Shown: positions 12,052 through 25,515 of the stretch, piece after piece
Numbering within the stretch: the stretch's first letter is position 1
How the letters are laid out: each line of letters starts with the position of its first letter
Assembly (NCBI RefSeq): GCF_006345805.1
Contig: NC_043005.1
Coordinates: 5,084,001 to 5,148,000, forward strand
DNA from: Octopus sinensis
Taxonomy: Eukaryota
Length of the DNA stretch: 64,000 nt
Direction of reading: 5' to 3'
The notes under the pieces: generated by a model
What the model was told of the DNA's origin: nothing
Databases searched by the model: none
The model's input: only the letters and a program-made list of their open reading frames with translations
Made by a program: the position numbers and the translations under genes

Positions 12052-12629
12052 CACACACATACGTGTGTGTTTATATATATGAGTTGGTTTATCTGTTATT
12101 TTCCTGTTTTTGTTGTTGTCAGTTTAAAGATAATAAGAATTTGCATCGTGTTACAAACAGACCAAAGGAAATTAGTTATAATGACACATGTTTTACTTCA
12201 ATGATGGAGGAAAAAAAAACAACACACACACACACACACACACACGCGCGCAAAGCACGGATGTTTGTTTTTTTTCCACCTCCCTTGGCTATACATGTAG
12301 GCGGTTATTCTATGTGTAGGCAGGGCAGTCACATGAAAGGACATACAAGGGGGTGTTTTGAATCATGTGGTGTGTGTAATATCTCCACATACTGAGCATG
12401 CATGCATGTTTTACTATGCATGCAGTATGTATACAATATACCATACGTCTCTGCATGGGCACAACTAGCAAATTTATCTTTGTATTATCTTTGAAAAAGA
12501 GCTGATTTCTGTAAGTTTATATTTGTCTTGAAAGAACTAACCAAGATAGCATTTTGCTTTTTCACTTCAGTTGGTCAAATAACATTATCAACACCACACA
12601 CAAACACCTACATGCACACACACTCAAAA

Positions 12630-13330
12630 TCATCATCATCATTTAATGTCTGTTTTCCATGCTGGTGTGGGTTGGACGGTTTGACAGGAGTTATCAAGTG
12701 AGAAGGCCTTTCCAAGCTCTGCTGTCTGCTTTGGCATGGTTTTTTATGGCTGGATGCTCTTCCTAACAGCAATTCCCTAGAAGTGTGGCCTGGGTGCTTT
12801 TTTTACATGGCACCAACAGCAGTGAAGTCACCAAACAATTTACAAGACAAGATCCCTCAACTGAAATGAGAGTAGTATTGAAATAGGCGGCTTTATGCCT
12901 GACTGAAATAGATGTCTTGCAATAAAGAAAGCACATGGTTAACTCAGAAGGGGTGGGGAAGAGGATAGAGATGGTGAAGATGTGATAGCGGGGTACATCC
13001 AAGTTAACGGAAGGTGTATATAAGTGGAATGGGACGAAGGGTTGGATAGGGTGCATGGGTGGGCAATTTTTCAAGATTGTGAAAGGAGAGTGAGAGGTTG
13101 TTAGGAGAATATATTGTGGGGAAGAGATTCGACAGAGGAGATTGGGAGATGGAGGGGAGGGGAATACAACAGATGGTGAGCACAGGTGGAGGGAAAGAGG
13201 AGGTGTTGGGAAGATAGGAAGTGGAGGCAGGGTGGTTTGTCAGGGATGAATTGTGTGCAGGATGGTGGGTGCACAATCATAAAGGACATGCCTTTATGAC
13301 CTTGACTTAATTTCACTTAGCCAAATGGGT
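12630..13330 (-). mobile_element. RTE 3' UTR fragment, long variant with purine-rich tract
   Basis: (TCA)n tail at 12630; 12900-12950 matches the reverse complement of 3660-3710; G/A-rich 12950-13270 mirrors C/T-rich 2960-3660. Confidence 0.7.
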
Positions 13331-13587
13331 CTTCTCAAGCACAGTAAATCACCAGTTGTCCCAATCCTTTGAGAATTTGGTAAGCAGAAGTTCTGTCCTG
13401 TGTATACATGTGTGTGAAAGTGCTTGTGAATCCTATGGTAGATAGGTGTGTTTGTGTGTGTATATATATATACACACACAGACGCCATGATAGATCATTA
13501 GCCACTACACATATTTTTTCTCTCCTCGTTTCTCCCCTTTTTTTCTCTTTTTTTTCTTTCCTTTTTTTTCTCTCCTTGTTTTCTGTC

Positions 13588-13627
13588 CCTTTCTGTCGAA
13601 GAGTGTAGGCTCGAAATGTAAAAGACT
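13588..13627 (+). ncRNA. Degenerate minimal hammerhead-like motif in Penelope-like terminal fragment
   Basis: CTTT-CTGTCGAA-GAGTgtagGCTC-GAAA-TGTA-AAAG; core position A6 altered; stem III looks like CpG-decayed ACGT; element ends in (TA)n at 13718. Confidence 0.45.
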
Positions 13628-14220
13628 TTTTCTATTCCTGAGCGTTATACTAATACATCTGTTTGTTTTGTACACCACCTGTCTTCGTCTTTTGTTGTTT
13701 TATTCGTAAACTCTCCCTATATATATATATGTATATATATATATATACATTCCCCACAACATATCCTCCTAATAACCCCTCCTCTTCAAATCTCACTCTC
13801 ATTTCACAATCTCTAGCAGACAAGATGTCCAATATTGAAGAGAGGCAGAAATAGCCTGAAACCAGGCTGGTCTGCTAGTCCTATCGCTATAAGTTGGTAG
13901 GGGTTTGGTCCCCTGCTTGCAATACCTTGGATGCAGCTATGCATCATTAACTAGCTAGAGGAGATGTCCTCTTGGGGTTAAAAAAAAAATCACAGCAAAG
14001 TTCATTTGAATGGACAGCCATGTTGAAGTGGCTATGAACATTACTTGTTAGTACAACTACTGCATTGATCTCTGAGAGTGATTTTAGAACTAGCACTTTT
14101 GTTTGTATATATTATATATCTTTTTAAAATTTAATCTGGATAAAAAGCTTACAGTGTGCTTTCCAAAGTTCCTCTCAGGTATCTGCTACCAAATGCTATC
14201 ATACAGTGGGAATTATTCTG

Positions 14221-14363
14221 TCATTTGGAAACAATTCAAACTTTGTACAAGTCCATACCTTGTAGAATTCAAGCTGTAATTACTGCCAAAGTTGGTCCTA
14301 CCCTATATTAAAATAAATTTGTTTGAAATTTTAAGGTGTTTCCATTATTTTGTCCAACCCTTG
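14221..14363 (+). mobile_element. Tc1 3' end fragment (same family as 55321-56531)
   Basis: Near-identical to 56390-56531, including TIR AGGTGTTTCCATTATTTTGTCCAACCCTTG followed by TA. Confidence 0.9.
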
Positions 14364-14650
14364 TATTTATATGTATATGTGTGTATATATGTATATATCT
14401 ATAAACACATTCATGTTTTGAATTGTGTTTGTTCTACCAAACCTACACACACACACACATACTTAGATAAATTTCAACCAGAATTGGCCTAAATAACATC
14501 ACCTGGAAAAGACATTTACTTAGGTTTCATACTACCACCATTCTTTGGATACCATTGTCATTGAAGTAATGAGTTATAGGTATAGATGGTTTATATGGAA
14601 TTTGTTGGAGATATAGCTGTCTAGGAACCATTTGAATGCTATGAGTTCTT

Positions 14651-14984
14651 TTATTACCTCCACCTGTGAGAAAGAAGGTGGTCAAGATATCTCAAGAACC
14701 ACTGAATAGATTCAGATGAAACTTTCATGGATGTTTGAACTTGTGACTGGTACAAACTGATTAGATTTTGGGACGACCCAGTACCGGAAAAGGATTCTGG
14801 ATTATTTTTCCGTTGTTTTTTACTTAAATTTTGAGAGCAGTTGGGTTCATTTCTAGTATTCTTGTATGTGGGAGCAGTCAAGTTTATTTCAGATATTGTC
14901 ATTTTAAAAATCATCTCCGGCTAATCATTGAGAGGACGTTGGTGTTGCTTTGGCGAAGGTTTGCGCTCTCTGAGTGCTCTTGTT
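14651..14984 (+). mobile_element. Helentron-type non-autonomous element (HINE/DINE-1-like)
   Basis: 5' TTATT-ACCTCCACC (14656-14664) and 3' GGCGAAGGT (14952-14960) subterminal IRs; 3' hairpin GCGCTC-tct-GAGTGC (14963-14977); T-rich flanks. Confidence 0.65.
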
Positions 14985-16230
14985 TGTCATGGTCTGATGT
15001 TAAAGAGAGCAGATGTGATGCAAGTATGATTCTGCTAGAGGATGGATGGTATGGTTGGGCAGTGCTGTTGAAATATTTTTCATGTCATACAAATGATTTA
15101 ACACTGACAGTGGCATTGGAGGGAATAAAGTTAGAATTTCTTGTGACAATCCCAATAATCAAGACCTGTCATATCGTTTTTCCTGGCGATTGATCTCTGA
15201 GGTGCTTTAAATTTTATGTTTGTGTCATGTAAGGAGACCACAGTGGACAACAGTATTCAAAGTAAGGACGGGCAAAGGTAGAGAAGAGAAGGATAACGGT
15301 AAGAGTGTCTCTAGACCGAAAAGTTCTGAGGATCCAGGAGCATGCCCTGCAGGCCATGCCATGTCAACTTTGGTGTTTATGTGGGCACTCGAGTTACTCC
15401 AAGGTCTCTTGCTGTATTTGATACTACAAGATTTTTACCTGAGGGAAGAGTGTGTAGCAGCTTCAGTGAAGCCTCTTTTCTGGAGTGGATTAATTCAAAT
15501 TTATTCTTGTTTAGCTGCTTATTGTGTTTTTCCACCCATTGGATAATAGAGAGCAGATCCAATTGGAGATTAGTCTGTTCTCCTACTCTATCAATGACCT
15601 TCAAAGCTTTAGAGTCATCTGTGAAAATTCTAATGCTGCTGTGTTTGATGATGGGATCCTATACATTGCCTTGTGGGACTCCACTGATGACTCTTGCTGA
15701 GCTTGATTTAACACCATCTATCATCACATGCTAGGTTCTGTTCACCAGAAAACATTCAATCCCCTTTTATAGTTTCTGTAGGACTCCAGTGTCCAATACT
15801 TTCTTTTATAGGATGTCATCAAAGTGATGCAAGAACTGTGTTAGGTAGTCCCTACCATTGCAGAAACCATGCTGGTTGGGTATAAGTAGACTTACTTTTC
15901 AGGAAGTGAGTTACTAGAGATCTTATCACCCTCTCATATAATTTGATGATACGATGTGAGATCAGTTGGTAATTCACTGCCAGCAATTTGTTGCCCTTTT
16001 TGAAAACTGGGACAATCAACTGGTATAGGAAATTTTCAGGAATATAACCATCTCCAATGGTTTCCTCCAGAGAATAGCTAAAGGGAATGCCAGTTGATGA
16101 TAGTATTCCTTCAGGACTCTAGTGGGGAACCTGTCAGGGCCTGCTGCTGAGTTGTTTGTAGTTTTGTTAATAGTTGCTATGATATCTGAGGTGCCAAATG
16201 ATGTATTGGATAGGGTGATAAATGATATGT
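14985..16230 (-). mobile_element. CR1-clade LINE RT pseudogene fragment
   Basis: Minus strand: SAAGPDRFP..LAFPLAILWRK, QHGF, SGVPQG (~15670-15690), FTDDSK catalytic-like motif, LQLDLLSIIQW..LNKNKFELI; probably continues to ~14490 beyond the HINE. Confidence 0.8.
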
Positions 16231-16670
16231 GATAAGTATATAGAAAAAATACTCCACACAATAATAAAAAGAAGAAAATAGGCTATTTCTTTTACATTGC
16301 ATTTAATTAATTCCAAAGTATATAATTACTGCCAACTCTCTTAAAAATACATGTATTGAAAAATAAATTGTCAATCAAATTATTTCAAAAGATTGATATA
16401 CATATTCTAAAGTATCACTTATCTAAATACATAACTACAAGCAAAAGATTTTAAGATTATGTATTCCAAAATACATTTTTACATTATATAACGTATTTAA
16501 TATTACCTCCATTGTCATCTTGTGAGTCTATAACAAAGCTACATATAAAAGGCAATCATTACATATAAAAAGCAATCATTACAAATGTACATTACAAGGA
16601 AAATCTTCTGTAAGACGTGAAACCAGTTTGTACTTATGTGCTTTACGTGTTTTTGTAATTAATATAAAAA

Positions 16671-19600
16671 TCATCATCATTTAACTCCATTGTCCGTGCT
16701 GGCATGAGTTAGATGGTTTGACTAGAGCAGGTGAGCTGCACTAGACTCCAGTCTAATTTGGCATGGTTTCTATGGCTGGATGCTCTTCCTAATGCCAACC
16801 ACTTACAGAGTGTGCTGGGTGCTTTTATGTGACACCACATGGGTACTTTTACATGATGCCACATGGGCACTTTTATGTGGCACCGCACAGGTGCTTTTAT
16901 GTGGCACTGCATGGGCGCTTTTATGTAGCACCACCATGAGCGCTTTACACCATCCTGAGGTCATTCTTCAATACTTCGTCCTGTGTTTTCCACTTTTACA
17001 TGTTCCATCTACTTTGAGAGATGCTGTTGGCATCCATCTGCATCACATGACCAAACCAGCACAGTTTTCTCTCTTGCGCACAGCATCTAATTCCTCTTAT
17101 ACCTAACTTCTCTCTCAAAATACTAGCACTTTGTCGAACATGTACACATCAGCAGAGCATACTAGCCTCATTCCTTTCTAACCATCGCATATCATCTGCA
17201 TTCAAGGCCCACATCTCACTACCATGTAGAATTGCTGTCCGTATACATACCTCATACAGTCTTTCTTTTGTGGCCAACAGAAGTAATAGCTCTCTGAAAT
17301 TCCTAGATACTATTCTTATTCTAGCTATCACACTCTCTATGCATCCTCTTCCACTACTAATTTGGTCCCCTAGGTAGCAGAAATTATCTACTACCTCTAA
17401 TGAGGCACTAGAGCATTTGAGAGAATCAATTTCCTGAGTGTCTAAAGTTTTTGTGGATCCTATGCATCTTCCACATACGAGAACTATCTTCGATAACCTT
17501 CCTATTAATCCACTTCACCTCTTGTGTGCCCATAGCTTACACTGGGTGCACTGTATGGAGTTCCTGCCTACACCTTTCATACAAATAGAACAGGGCCACC
17601 TACCTGATGGGGTGTTGGGTCCTGTCAGTTTTCTTGCTTACTAGGACCTTAGGCTGGTCCAGGAGTTTAATGCCTCTATAATTGATTCTATATAAAGCAT
17701 CATCCTGATCCTTGTAGCAGCTAACAATTATGCTGCTATGCTAGCCACTAGGTGTTACACCTTCCTGAATGGCCTGATTAACTATGTGAGTGACTAGCCT
17801 GAGTGACTTACTTGATATTTTGAGCATCTCAGCTGTGATTCTGGATGGACTGAGTGCTTTCTTGGATTTTTATGTTTTTAATTGCCTTATCTGTCATACT
17901 GCTGTCCAGTAGGATAGCCGGTCCCTCTGGTTTATCTCATTCATTCTCTACATTCAACAGTCTCGCATAGTAACTTTTCCATGCCTCTTTCTTGTGTCCA
18001 TGCTGCCAACAAAGCACGCGGAATTCTGTTCTTGATTCGACGGTCATTCGGAATGCTCACAGCAGCCATATTCCTACCACTCTATGTCACGCTGGTGAGA
18101 CCCATATTGGAGTATGGGATTCAGGCCTCTTCTCCTTATCTCCTCAAAGACATACAGCATCTCGAAAGAGTCCAGAGGCTGGCTACCCGCATGGTTCATG
18201 GTCTCAAAAATTTGTCCTACGAAGAAAGGCTGAGGACGCTCGACCTTTATTCTCTTGAAAAACGCCGCCGCCGTGGTGATCTCATTCTCGCCCACAACAT
18301 TATAAGCGGAAAGTGTAACCTCTCGAAAGAGCTGTTCTTCACTCCTGCTCCAGAGCGTCGGCTGTGGGGTCATTCCGAAAAGCTCTACCTGCGACGATTT
18401 CATCTCAATCGAAGGAGAGGAGCTTTCTCCGTCCGGGTTGCGGATCCGTGGAACAAGCTGCCAGACGAGATGGTGAAGATGCCGACTACCGCTTTGTTCA
18501 AAGCCTCCCTGGACCTCAAGTGGCCTGAACTCTTTACATGAACACCACCCTGTACTTAACTCCATGTCCCCCTACATGGCCTTGCTATTTGCTTTTGAGC
18601 CAAATTAACTAACTAACTAACATCACTAAGTGCAAGCATACCATTATCTATCCATACACACTTCTCTACTACATTATCTCAATTCTCACTGAAACACTAA
18701 CTAGTAATCTGGAACACTTCAAGTCTCTGATCTTCATGCTGTAAGATATTGGCAAACCTCTTCTGCTTCTACCCTAGCTAGATAAACCTGATGTCTAGCC
18801 TCTCCTTTAGCCTTCTGACATGAATCTTTGCTACCACCCCGTCTTTTCCACTTTTTCCAGACCTGTCTCTTCTCATTTATGGCCATGTCAGCGTTACTGT
18901 TCCACACCATATCACCCTCGGTTTGGCAGAGGCTTTGCTCCAACCATAAATTTGGTCTGTTGCCCTTAGTAGACTGTCCCTTTGGTACTTCCAGTTGCCC
19001 TCTATGTCATATATCTCTCTCTCTCCTTCCTTATTATCATAGGTCTCTCTGAGGACATCTCTAAATCTCTGCTCGTTTGAAGGATCATTGAGATTCCACA
19101 GCCCCCTTTCCATGTTGGCTTGTGTCTCAGGATTTTTCAAGTCCTGAGCCTGAAGTCACTAACCACTAGCTTATGTTGAGTTGTACATTCGTCCCCTGGG
19201 AAAGATTTTACATTTAAGAGCATACATCTATCTCTGTCTGGTGAGGAAGTAGTCATTCTGGCTGGTGTGTCCCCCTGGAGCATTGCACAACTCCAGCAGC
19301 CTTGTCCCCTTCTCATTTCTGGAACCATGTACACCCTAAAATCCATTGGAGTGTTTGTTTTCCAACATGTCCATTAAAGTCTCCTGCCATGATGAGAATG
19401 TCATTGAGGTAGTCCTCAGAAGAGATTCGTAGAAGTAGTCCTTAGTATCTGCGAGTCTGGCATGCGCATCATGTGCAGAGGTAAGTGACACATCAAGAAA
19501 AGCTATTCAAAGTTACATCAGGCAAGGCTGTTCATGGCTTAATAATCCTATCACATACCCTGACTATTTCAATCACCTTATATGCTCATTTCTCTGCTAA

Positions 19601-19745
19601 TAGAATACCTATGCCACCTGGATCTTCATTGTTGCCAACCCAGAAAAATTTGTATCTACACCCTTTGCCCGTAAGCAGTCTAGATGAGGCTCCCCTCCAT
19701 CGTACCTCTTAGACACAGCATACATCTACATGTCTCTGCTATGTA
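16671..19745 (-). mobile_element. Large decayed RTE LINE (APE endonuclease, linker, C-terminus, 3' UTR), interrupted by a CR1 insertion
   Basis: GDFNGHVG (~19360-19385), KSFPGDECTTQHKLVVSDF, KKEAWKSYYARLLNVE, WPCSICMKGVGRNSIQCTQCKLWAHKR, RTAILHGSEMWAL; (TCA)n tail at 16671; RT core appears deleted. Confidence 0.85.
17994..18620 (+). mobile_element. Young 5'-truncated CR1-clade LINE
   Basis: Uninterrupted frame AANKARGILFLIRRSF..LVRPILEYG..LERVQRLATRM..SYEERL..RRRRGDLI..FSVRVADPWNKLP..FKASLD; CpG-rich; (TAAC)n tail. Confidence 0.9.
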
Positions 19746-20874
19746 ACCTTAAGATGATTTGATTGTTGTAACACGTTTGCACATAATACTATATTTTGGA
19801 ATATGTAATAATGTATTTTGCAATAATTTGATTGTGATAATCTGTTTTTCAATACATATCATTGTATTTTGAAACGATTTAATTGTTATAATATACTTTG
19901 GAATTAACTGCACTGCAAAAGGAAATAGCGTATTTTCTTTTATTATTCCGCCCCCTACTTAATTCATTCTTAACTGTAAAACTCAAAGTGAATAAAGCTA
20001 TAAATAATAGCATGTAAATATTGGGTTAAAACCTGGAAATGTCACTGTCTCACACTCGCACACAACCAGGGCACAAGTGCTTACATACACGTATGCATAA
20101 ATGTGCGTCCGTGCAAAAAAAGAAAAGACAGATATATAAAGAACAGAAGGCATTCATGCTCGCATACATGAATGTGCACACACACTGTGTTCACGAACGC
20201 ATACGTAGATATATGCTTTACATACACAGGCAGACAGATATACACTTCCACACGACATGTTTGAAGAAACATGTATTATCTTAATGAATTGCTGTCTCTT
20301 TCCCTCGCATTCCTCCATCTTTGCTCATATATCATTTCCTTTTCCGCCTAAAAGAGAGTAGGGGACGTTAACAAATGTGAAAATTTGTAACTACATATGA
20401 TATACTTCCTAGACATATTAATCAGTTAGTGGCCAGCTGTTATATTCAACGACAATAATATTGTGGAAGAAAAATACTCAGAAAAAGCAAAATGTCTTTC
20501 ACTTGTTGATTGTTGACACTTCCATGAACGGTTAAAGGTTGCACACAAGTTTCGTTGACTGCACACATGAAATTGCTAATGATTATAATAAAGCAGGTGT
20601 TGGCAATCTGGTGCTACTGGAAATATCTTAGAATCTGTGAAACCAATTCACACAGGAAGTTTGACACAACATCCTGTCGAACAACCAATGATACCCAGAA
20701 AGTATCTATTAATTTTTCTTTTTTTCGTTCTTTTTCTGTAACCGATTTAACGATCGATTGTTTTGTTGCGCGTTCATTCTGCTTGTCTATGGACGTTCAT
20801 GGAAAATCGTAGACGATTGATTAAGGTTGGATATTGGGGAAAAAACCCCACCCCAACAGTTTACCATTAAATAT

Positions 20875-21075
20875 ATTGTCGCAACGTTAGAGCGTCGAGA
20901 AAAAATTGCTTTACACAATTAGTCCCGACTCCTTACGTTCTGAGTTCAAGTCCTACCGGGGTTAACTTTGTTTTTCTAGATTGACAAAATAAAGTGCCAG
21001 TCACGTTTATGAGCGATGGTATCAACTAATCGTCTCTTCTCTCAAAATTCTTGGCCTTGTACCTTAGGTTAGAAA
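20875..21075 (+). mobile_element. SINE family B, diverged but CpG-retaining
   Basis: CGTTAGAGCGTCG..TACGTTCTGAGTTCAAGTCC..AAAGTGCCAGTC. Confidence 0.7.
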
Positions 21076-21502
21076 TGGGCATAATTACACAGTCGCCTTA
21101 GGCACTGACTTCATTTCCTTATAACTTTCAGGAAAATGGAATTATTTTTAAATGAAAATTTCTACGAGAACGTTTCAAGCTGGTGTAAATTACAATTATA
21201 TCTGGATTTAATGTGAATAAACGATGGGACAGATATTTCACGCACCTCGACTTTGTTTCCTCATACATTTTGATGAAGTAGATTACAAGTTGAAAAAAAA
21301 ATTACTTTTGAGGGCTAAGCCACCCTTTTCTTTTCTGGGATTTGTTAAACGAATGTTTTAATAAAATAAAATTTTCCAGAGATTGGCATAATTTGAAAAA
21401 AAAAAAAATAAAAAAAACCAAAACAGTCATAATGTCAGTCGTGAATTTGTTGGTATGGGTGTTTAGTGTGATATAAGCCTGGAAAATTTCATTAAAAAAT
21501 AT

Positions 21503-21865
21503 ACTCATTTACTTGTTTCAGTCATTTGACGGCGGCTATGCTGGAGCACCGCCTTTAGTCGAGCAAATCGACCCCGGGACTTTTATTCTATCGGTCTCTT
21601 TTACCGAACCGCTAAGTTACGGTGACGTAAACACACCAGCATCGGTTGTCAAGCGATGTTGGTGGGGACAAACACAAACAAACATACACACATACATACA
21701 TATATACGACGGGCTTCTTTCAGTTTCCGTCAACCAAATCCACTCCCAAGGCTTTGGTCGGGCCGAGGCTATAGTAGAAGACACTTGCCCAAGATGCCAC
21801 ACAGTGGGACTGAACCCGGAACCATGTGGTTGGTAAGCAAGCTACTTATCACACAGCCACTCCTA
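21503..21865 (-). mobile_element. Young full-length SINE family A
   Basis: Reverse complement of 5292-5690, CpGs retained. Confidence 0.9.
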
Positions 21866-22926
21866 TATATATACATATATATATATTTATTTATTTAACA
21901 AATTCCAGATTAGAATAGTCCTCGAAAAATTTTCCCAATATGATTGTAATCTACATCGTCAAAACGCATGCAATAATACTACATTAGCATCTTTTCCTTT
22001 TGAACGGCAGTTTTCAATACAATTTCTAGTTAACTAAACACTTTTAAACTTCGTATACTGGTAGAATGTGTCAAAATAAAACATTTTTTTTCTCTTGGCT
22101 TTCTTGAGAAAATTGTAATTTGTAAGTTTAACGTAGTTTAATTTTTCAAATTTTAACCAATCAGTTTCCTCTATTGAGCTAAAATCATTTGCTGCGTCTA
22201 AAGACTCGTTTTTAAGATGGTAGTATAGATTTAAGAGAAATTTGGCTGCTGTTTCTAGCAGGGTCAAGCAGTGTAAGCGGCTCCATTGTTTTGCACATCA
22301 ACGATATTGTTTTCTTTTACCTCGTGTGTGTAGGTGGGTGGGGAAGAAATGTTTTTACAAGATTTTTTCTTTGCCGATATCAAGTCAGTCACAAAGTGGC
22401 AAGGCTCTTTTAAAGCAAGATAACTCTTAGTGTTTGTGGTTACCTGAATCGCTTGATTTACACACACACACACACACATATGTACAGGTATATGTACATA
22501 TAAAGACATACACACACTTATAGATATACACATATATAGGCTTTTTAAGGTCCTTATAATTAAATATACTTTCACTGCTGTGAGAAATACAATTTGGTGG
22601 TCTACATTGTCACATGACAAATGAATGTGACGGCAAGACGGCGCTTTGTTTCCTTATCGTCCGTCGGGTGTGAATCCAGAAGTACATAAACTAAATTGAA
22701 GTAGATATCGGTGAAATCAGCGAAGCATGACGATAAAGTAATTAGCAGCAAAATGAGATTGAGACAGATTATATTGAGCTTTTATGAAAACGATGGCATT
22801 ATTCTTTTATTCGGATCTTGTTAAATTCTTAACCACTTCTTTCAAATTTCCAGCAGATTTTGTTTTCAAATGTAATTTTTTTATCATCACTTTTATGTTT
22901 TTGTTTTGCAAAATTTCTTATTTCTA

Positions 22927-23330
22927 GGCGCAGGAGTGGCTGTGTGGTACGTAACTTGCTTACCAACCACATGGTTCCGGGTTCATTCCCACTGCGTGAC
23001 ACCTTGCGCAAGTATCTTCTACTGTAGCCTCGGACTGACCAAAGCCTTGTGAGTAGATTTGGTAGACGGAAACTGAAAGAAGCCTGTCGTACATATGTAT
23101 ATATATGTATGTGTGTATATGCTTGTGTGTCTGTGTTTGTCCACCCCCCCCCCCAACATCGCTTGACAACCGATGGTGATGTGTTTACGTCCCCGTAACT
23201 TAGCGGTTCGGCAAAAGAGACTGATAGAAAAAGTACTAGGCTTACAAAGAATAAGTCCTGGGGTCGAGTTGCTTGACTAAAGGCAGTGCTCCAGCATGGC
23301 CGCAGTCAAATGACTAAAACAAGTAAAAGA
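22927..23330 (+). mobile_element. Young full-length SINE family A
   Basis: GGCGCAGGAGTGGCTGTGTGG..GGTTCATTCC..tail ACAAGTAAAAGA. Confidence 0.9.
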
Positions 23331-24074
23331 ATATAAGAAAAAAATGTGAAATCGCGTGTTGAAACAGATATTGTTACATTTCGGGTCGGTAATTTCCCCC
23401 CACCCCCAATAAACACACGCACTATATATTTGTTCTTTACCCTAGGGAAAGACTCCCTCCCCCATTTTCTTCCAAATTTGTTTATTTAAAAATTTTTTTG
23501 CCAAAAATCCCTGTTTTCGAATACGGAGGCTCCGGAAAATTGCCAAAAATTGGCATTGTGAAATCGCCCCACTTTTCCCCCAACTTCTTCAATTTTGACT
23601 TTTTCCCCCCAACCCTAACCCTAAAACCGTAACCATAAGTACAGAAATGTTTTGGAATTTTTGTCTGAATCATAATGTTCGTATTTTTCTGCATATTTAG
23701 AAAAAAAAAATTCTTAAAAAATATTTATAAAAAATTTTTTCAGAATCCTAATCTCCGTATTTTCCCGCATATTTTGAAAACAGAAATTTCTGCAAAAAGT
23801 GAAAAATGACGGAAATGGGGGTGGGGGTAATTTAGAAATGTCGATTTTTGCCCTTTTTTTTTTTGTTTTGCACATTCGTATTCCCCGTAGCCGAAAGGGG
23901 GGTTTGTGTCGAAAAAAAAAATTTTAAGGGTGGTTTTGTGGGGGTGGGGGTGGAAGTCTTGCCCACTCCAGTTTTAGTATTGTTCTTATTTTATGTCCAT
24001 TGTCTGAAAATTTTTTGTCACACCTCTTCAGCATCTCTCTATCTCTCATGTCTCTTCCAGTTTTGTTTAACAGG

Positions 24075-25230
24075 ACAGGAAGAGACACGTTGCTGTCCTG
24101 TCCAGCCATGTGCTCATTTTCGCTTATTAAAACACATGAGATATGAGGTGGTCGTGAGATGTGCTAAAAATAAACTGCCTTAAATCATGCGCCCCAATTT
24201 TTTTCGTTTTGTATAATTATGTGAATTCCTGTGTGTAGAATACAAATTCGCGAATGTTTTCAGAAAATTACAAAAAATAGGTAGGGTTGTTGGATAAATG
24301 CAACTTATCACATGGATTGAAAAATAGAGTGAAGTGGGTTAGTGTCCTTGGCCATCCCGAAATAGAACAATATTTTTCAATATCACTTGAAAAAAAAAAA
24401 TTTTTATGTGATTTTCGTCATCCTCCGTGTAGAAATTTTGGAAAAAAAAATTAAATGTTGGAAAGAATTTAACAAGATTCTTCAAATCTTTTCTGTTTGG
24501 CTGCCACTTTTCAATTTTTTCAATTTTGTTCCAATTGATTTCATATTTGGTATATTCATGTAGTTTTGTATGGTAACTATTGACATGAAATTCATTTCCC
24601 CCCATAAATCAATAAATAAAGAGTCAATAGCAGTCCAAGTTTGAAAATTTTAGGTAATTTTATCCAATCGAAAGCCACAAACACATAGGTGCTTGTTTCT
24701 ATAGTAACAAGCCAAGCTGTTACCAAGCTGCTTACCCATCTGTTGCTGTCTTGTCCAGCCATATGTTCATTTTCGCTTATTAAATGCTTAAAACACATGA
24801 GGTATGAGGTAGTCGTGAGATGTGCTAAAAATACCAGCTAAATAGGCCTTTAATCACGTGCCCCAAATTTTTTTGGCATAATCATACGAATTCCTGTGTG
24901 TAGAATACAAATTCGCAAGAAGGGTTAAAGGGTGTGCGCAAAGCAGAATTCCTTCAATATTTCATTTATTTACAGATTTATTTACATGAAAATACGTGCT
25001 ATCGTTGCAATGTCGACAGCCTGTGCAATTATGCACAAAACGACTGCTTCCAAATCTTGTTTGCTGACTCGGTAAAAATTGTCAAAATTCAAACCTCTGT
25101 AACTTTTAAAAAAATTTTCTAGAGCAAGTAAATTAGAGGTTGAGATTCAGCGTGAAGAATTACACCAATACACCAAATTTGAAAATGTTGACTTAAAATT
25201 TCAAAAAATGCAGCCAAACAGAAAAGATCC
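24075..25230. mobile_element. Composite of non-autonomous DNA transposon fragments
   Basis: ~180-bp direct repeat (24088-24255 vs 24741-24918); inverted termini ATCTTTTCTGTTTGGCTGC (24487) and GCAGCCAAACAGAAAAGATCC (25210-25230); related inverted copy at 29570-29870. Confidence 0.6.
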
Positions 25231-25480
25231 GATCCTTTTATTATTTTGTTTGTCATTGGATTGCGGTCATACTGGGGCATCGCCTTGATGGATTTATCTG
25301 AACAAATTGATCACTAGTACTTAGGCATTGATGTATGGATAAGGAACACATTTTGCGACCATGTCATTTTCGGGCTCTGTCCTAGTGTACAACACCTTGA
25401 GCATGTGTTTTCCACTATAATCCCGGGACGACTCCAATGTCTTGTGGGTGAACTTGGTTGTGGGGAAACTGTGGAGGCCC

Positions 25481-25504
<24 letters not shown>

Positions 25505-25515
<11 letters not shown>

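Noticed and set aside
17981-18565. 186-aa and antisense 163-aa ORFs as host genes
   Set aside because: CR1 ORF2 C-terminus and its antisense shadow; start codon is fortuitous
23380-24060. CCCTAA telomere-like motifs (~23613-23625) and homopolymer-rich stretch
   Set aside because: Only about two units, inside a degraded repeat; inflated homopolymers suggest low consensus quality
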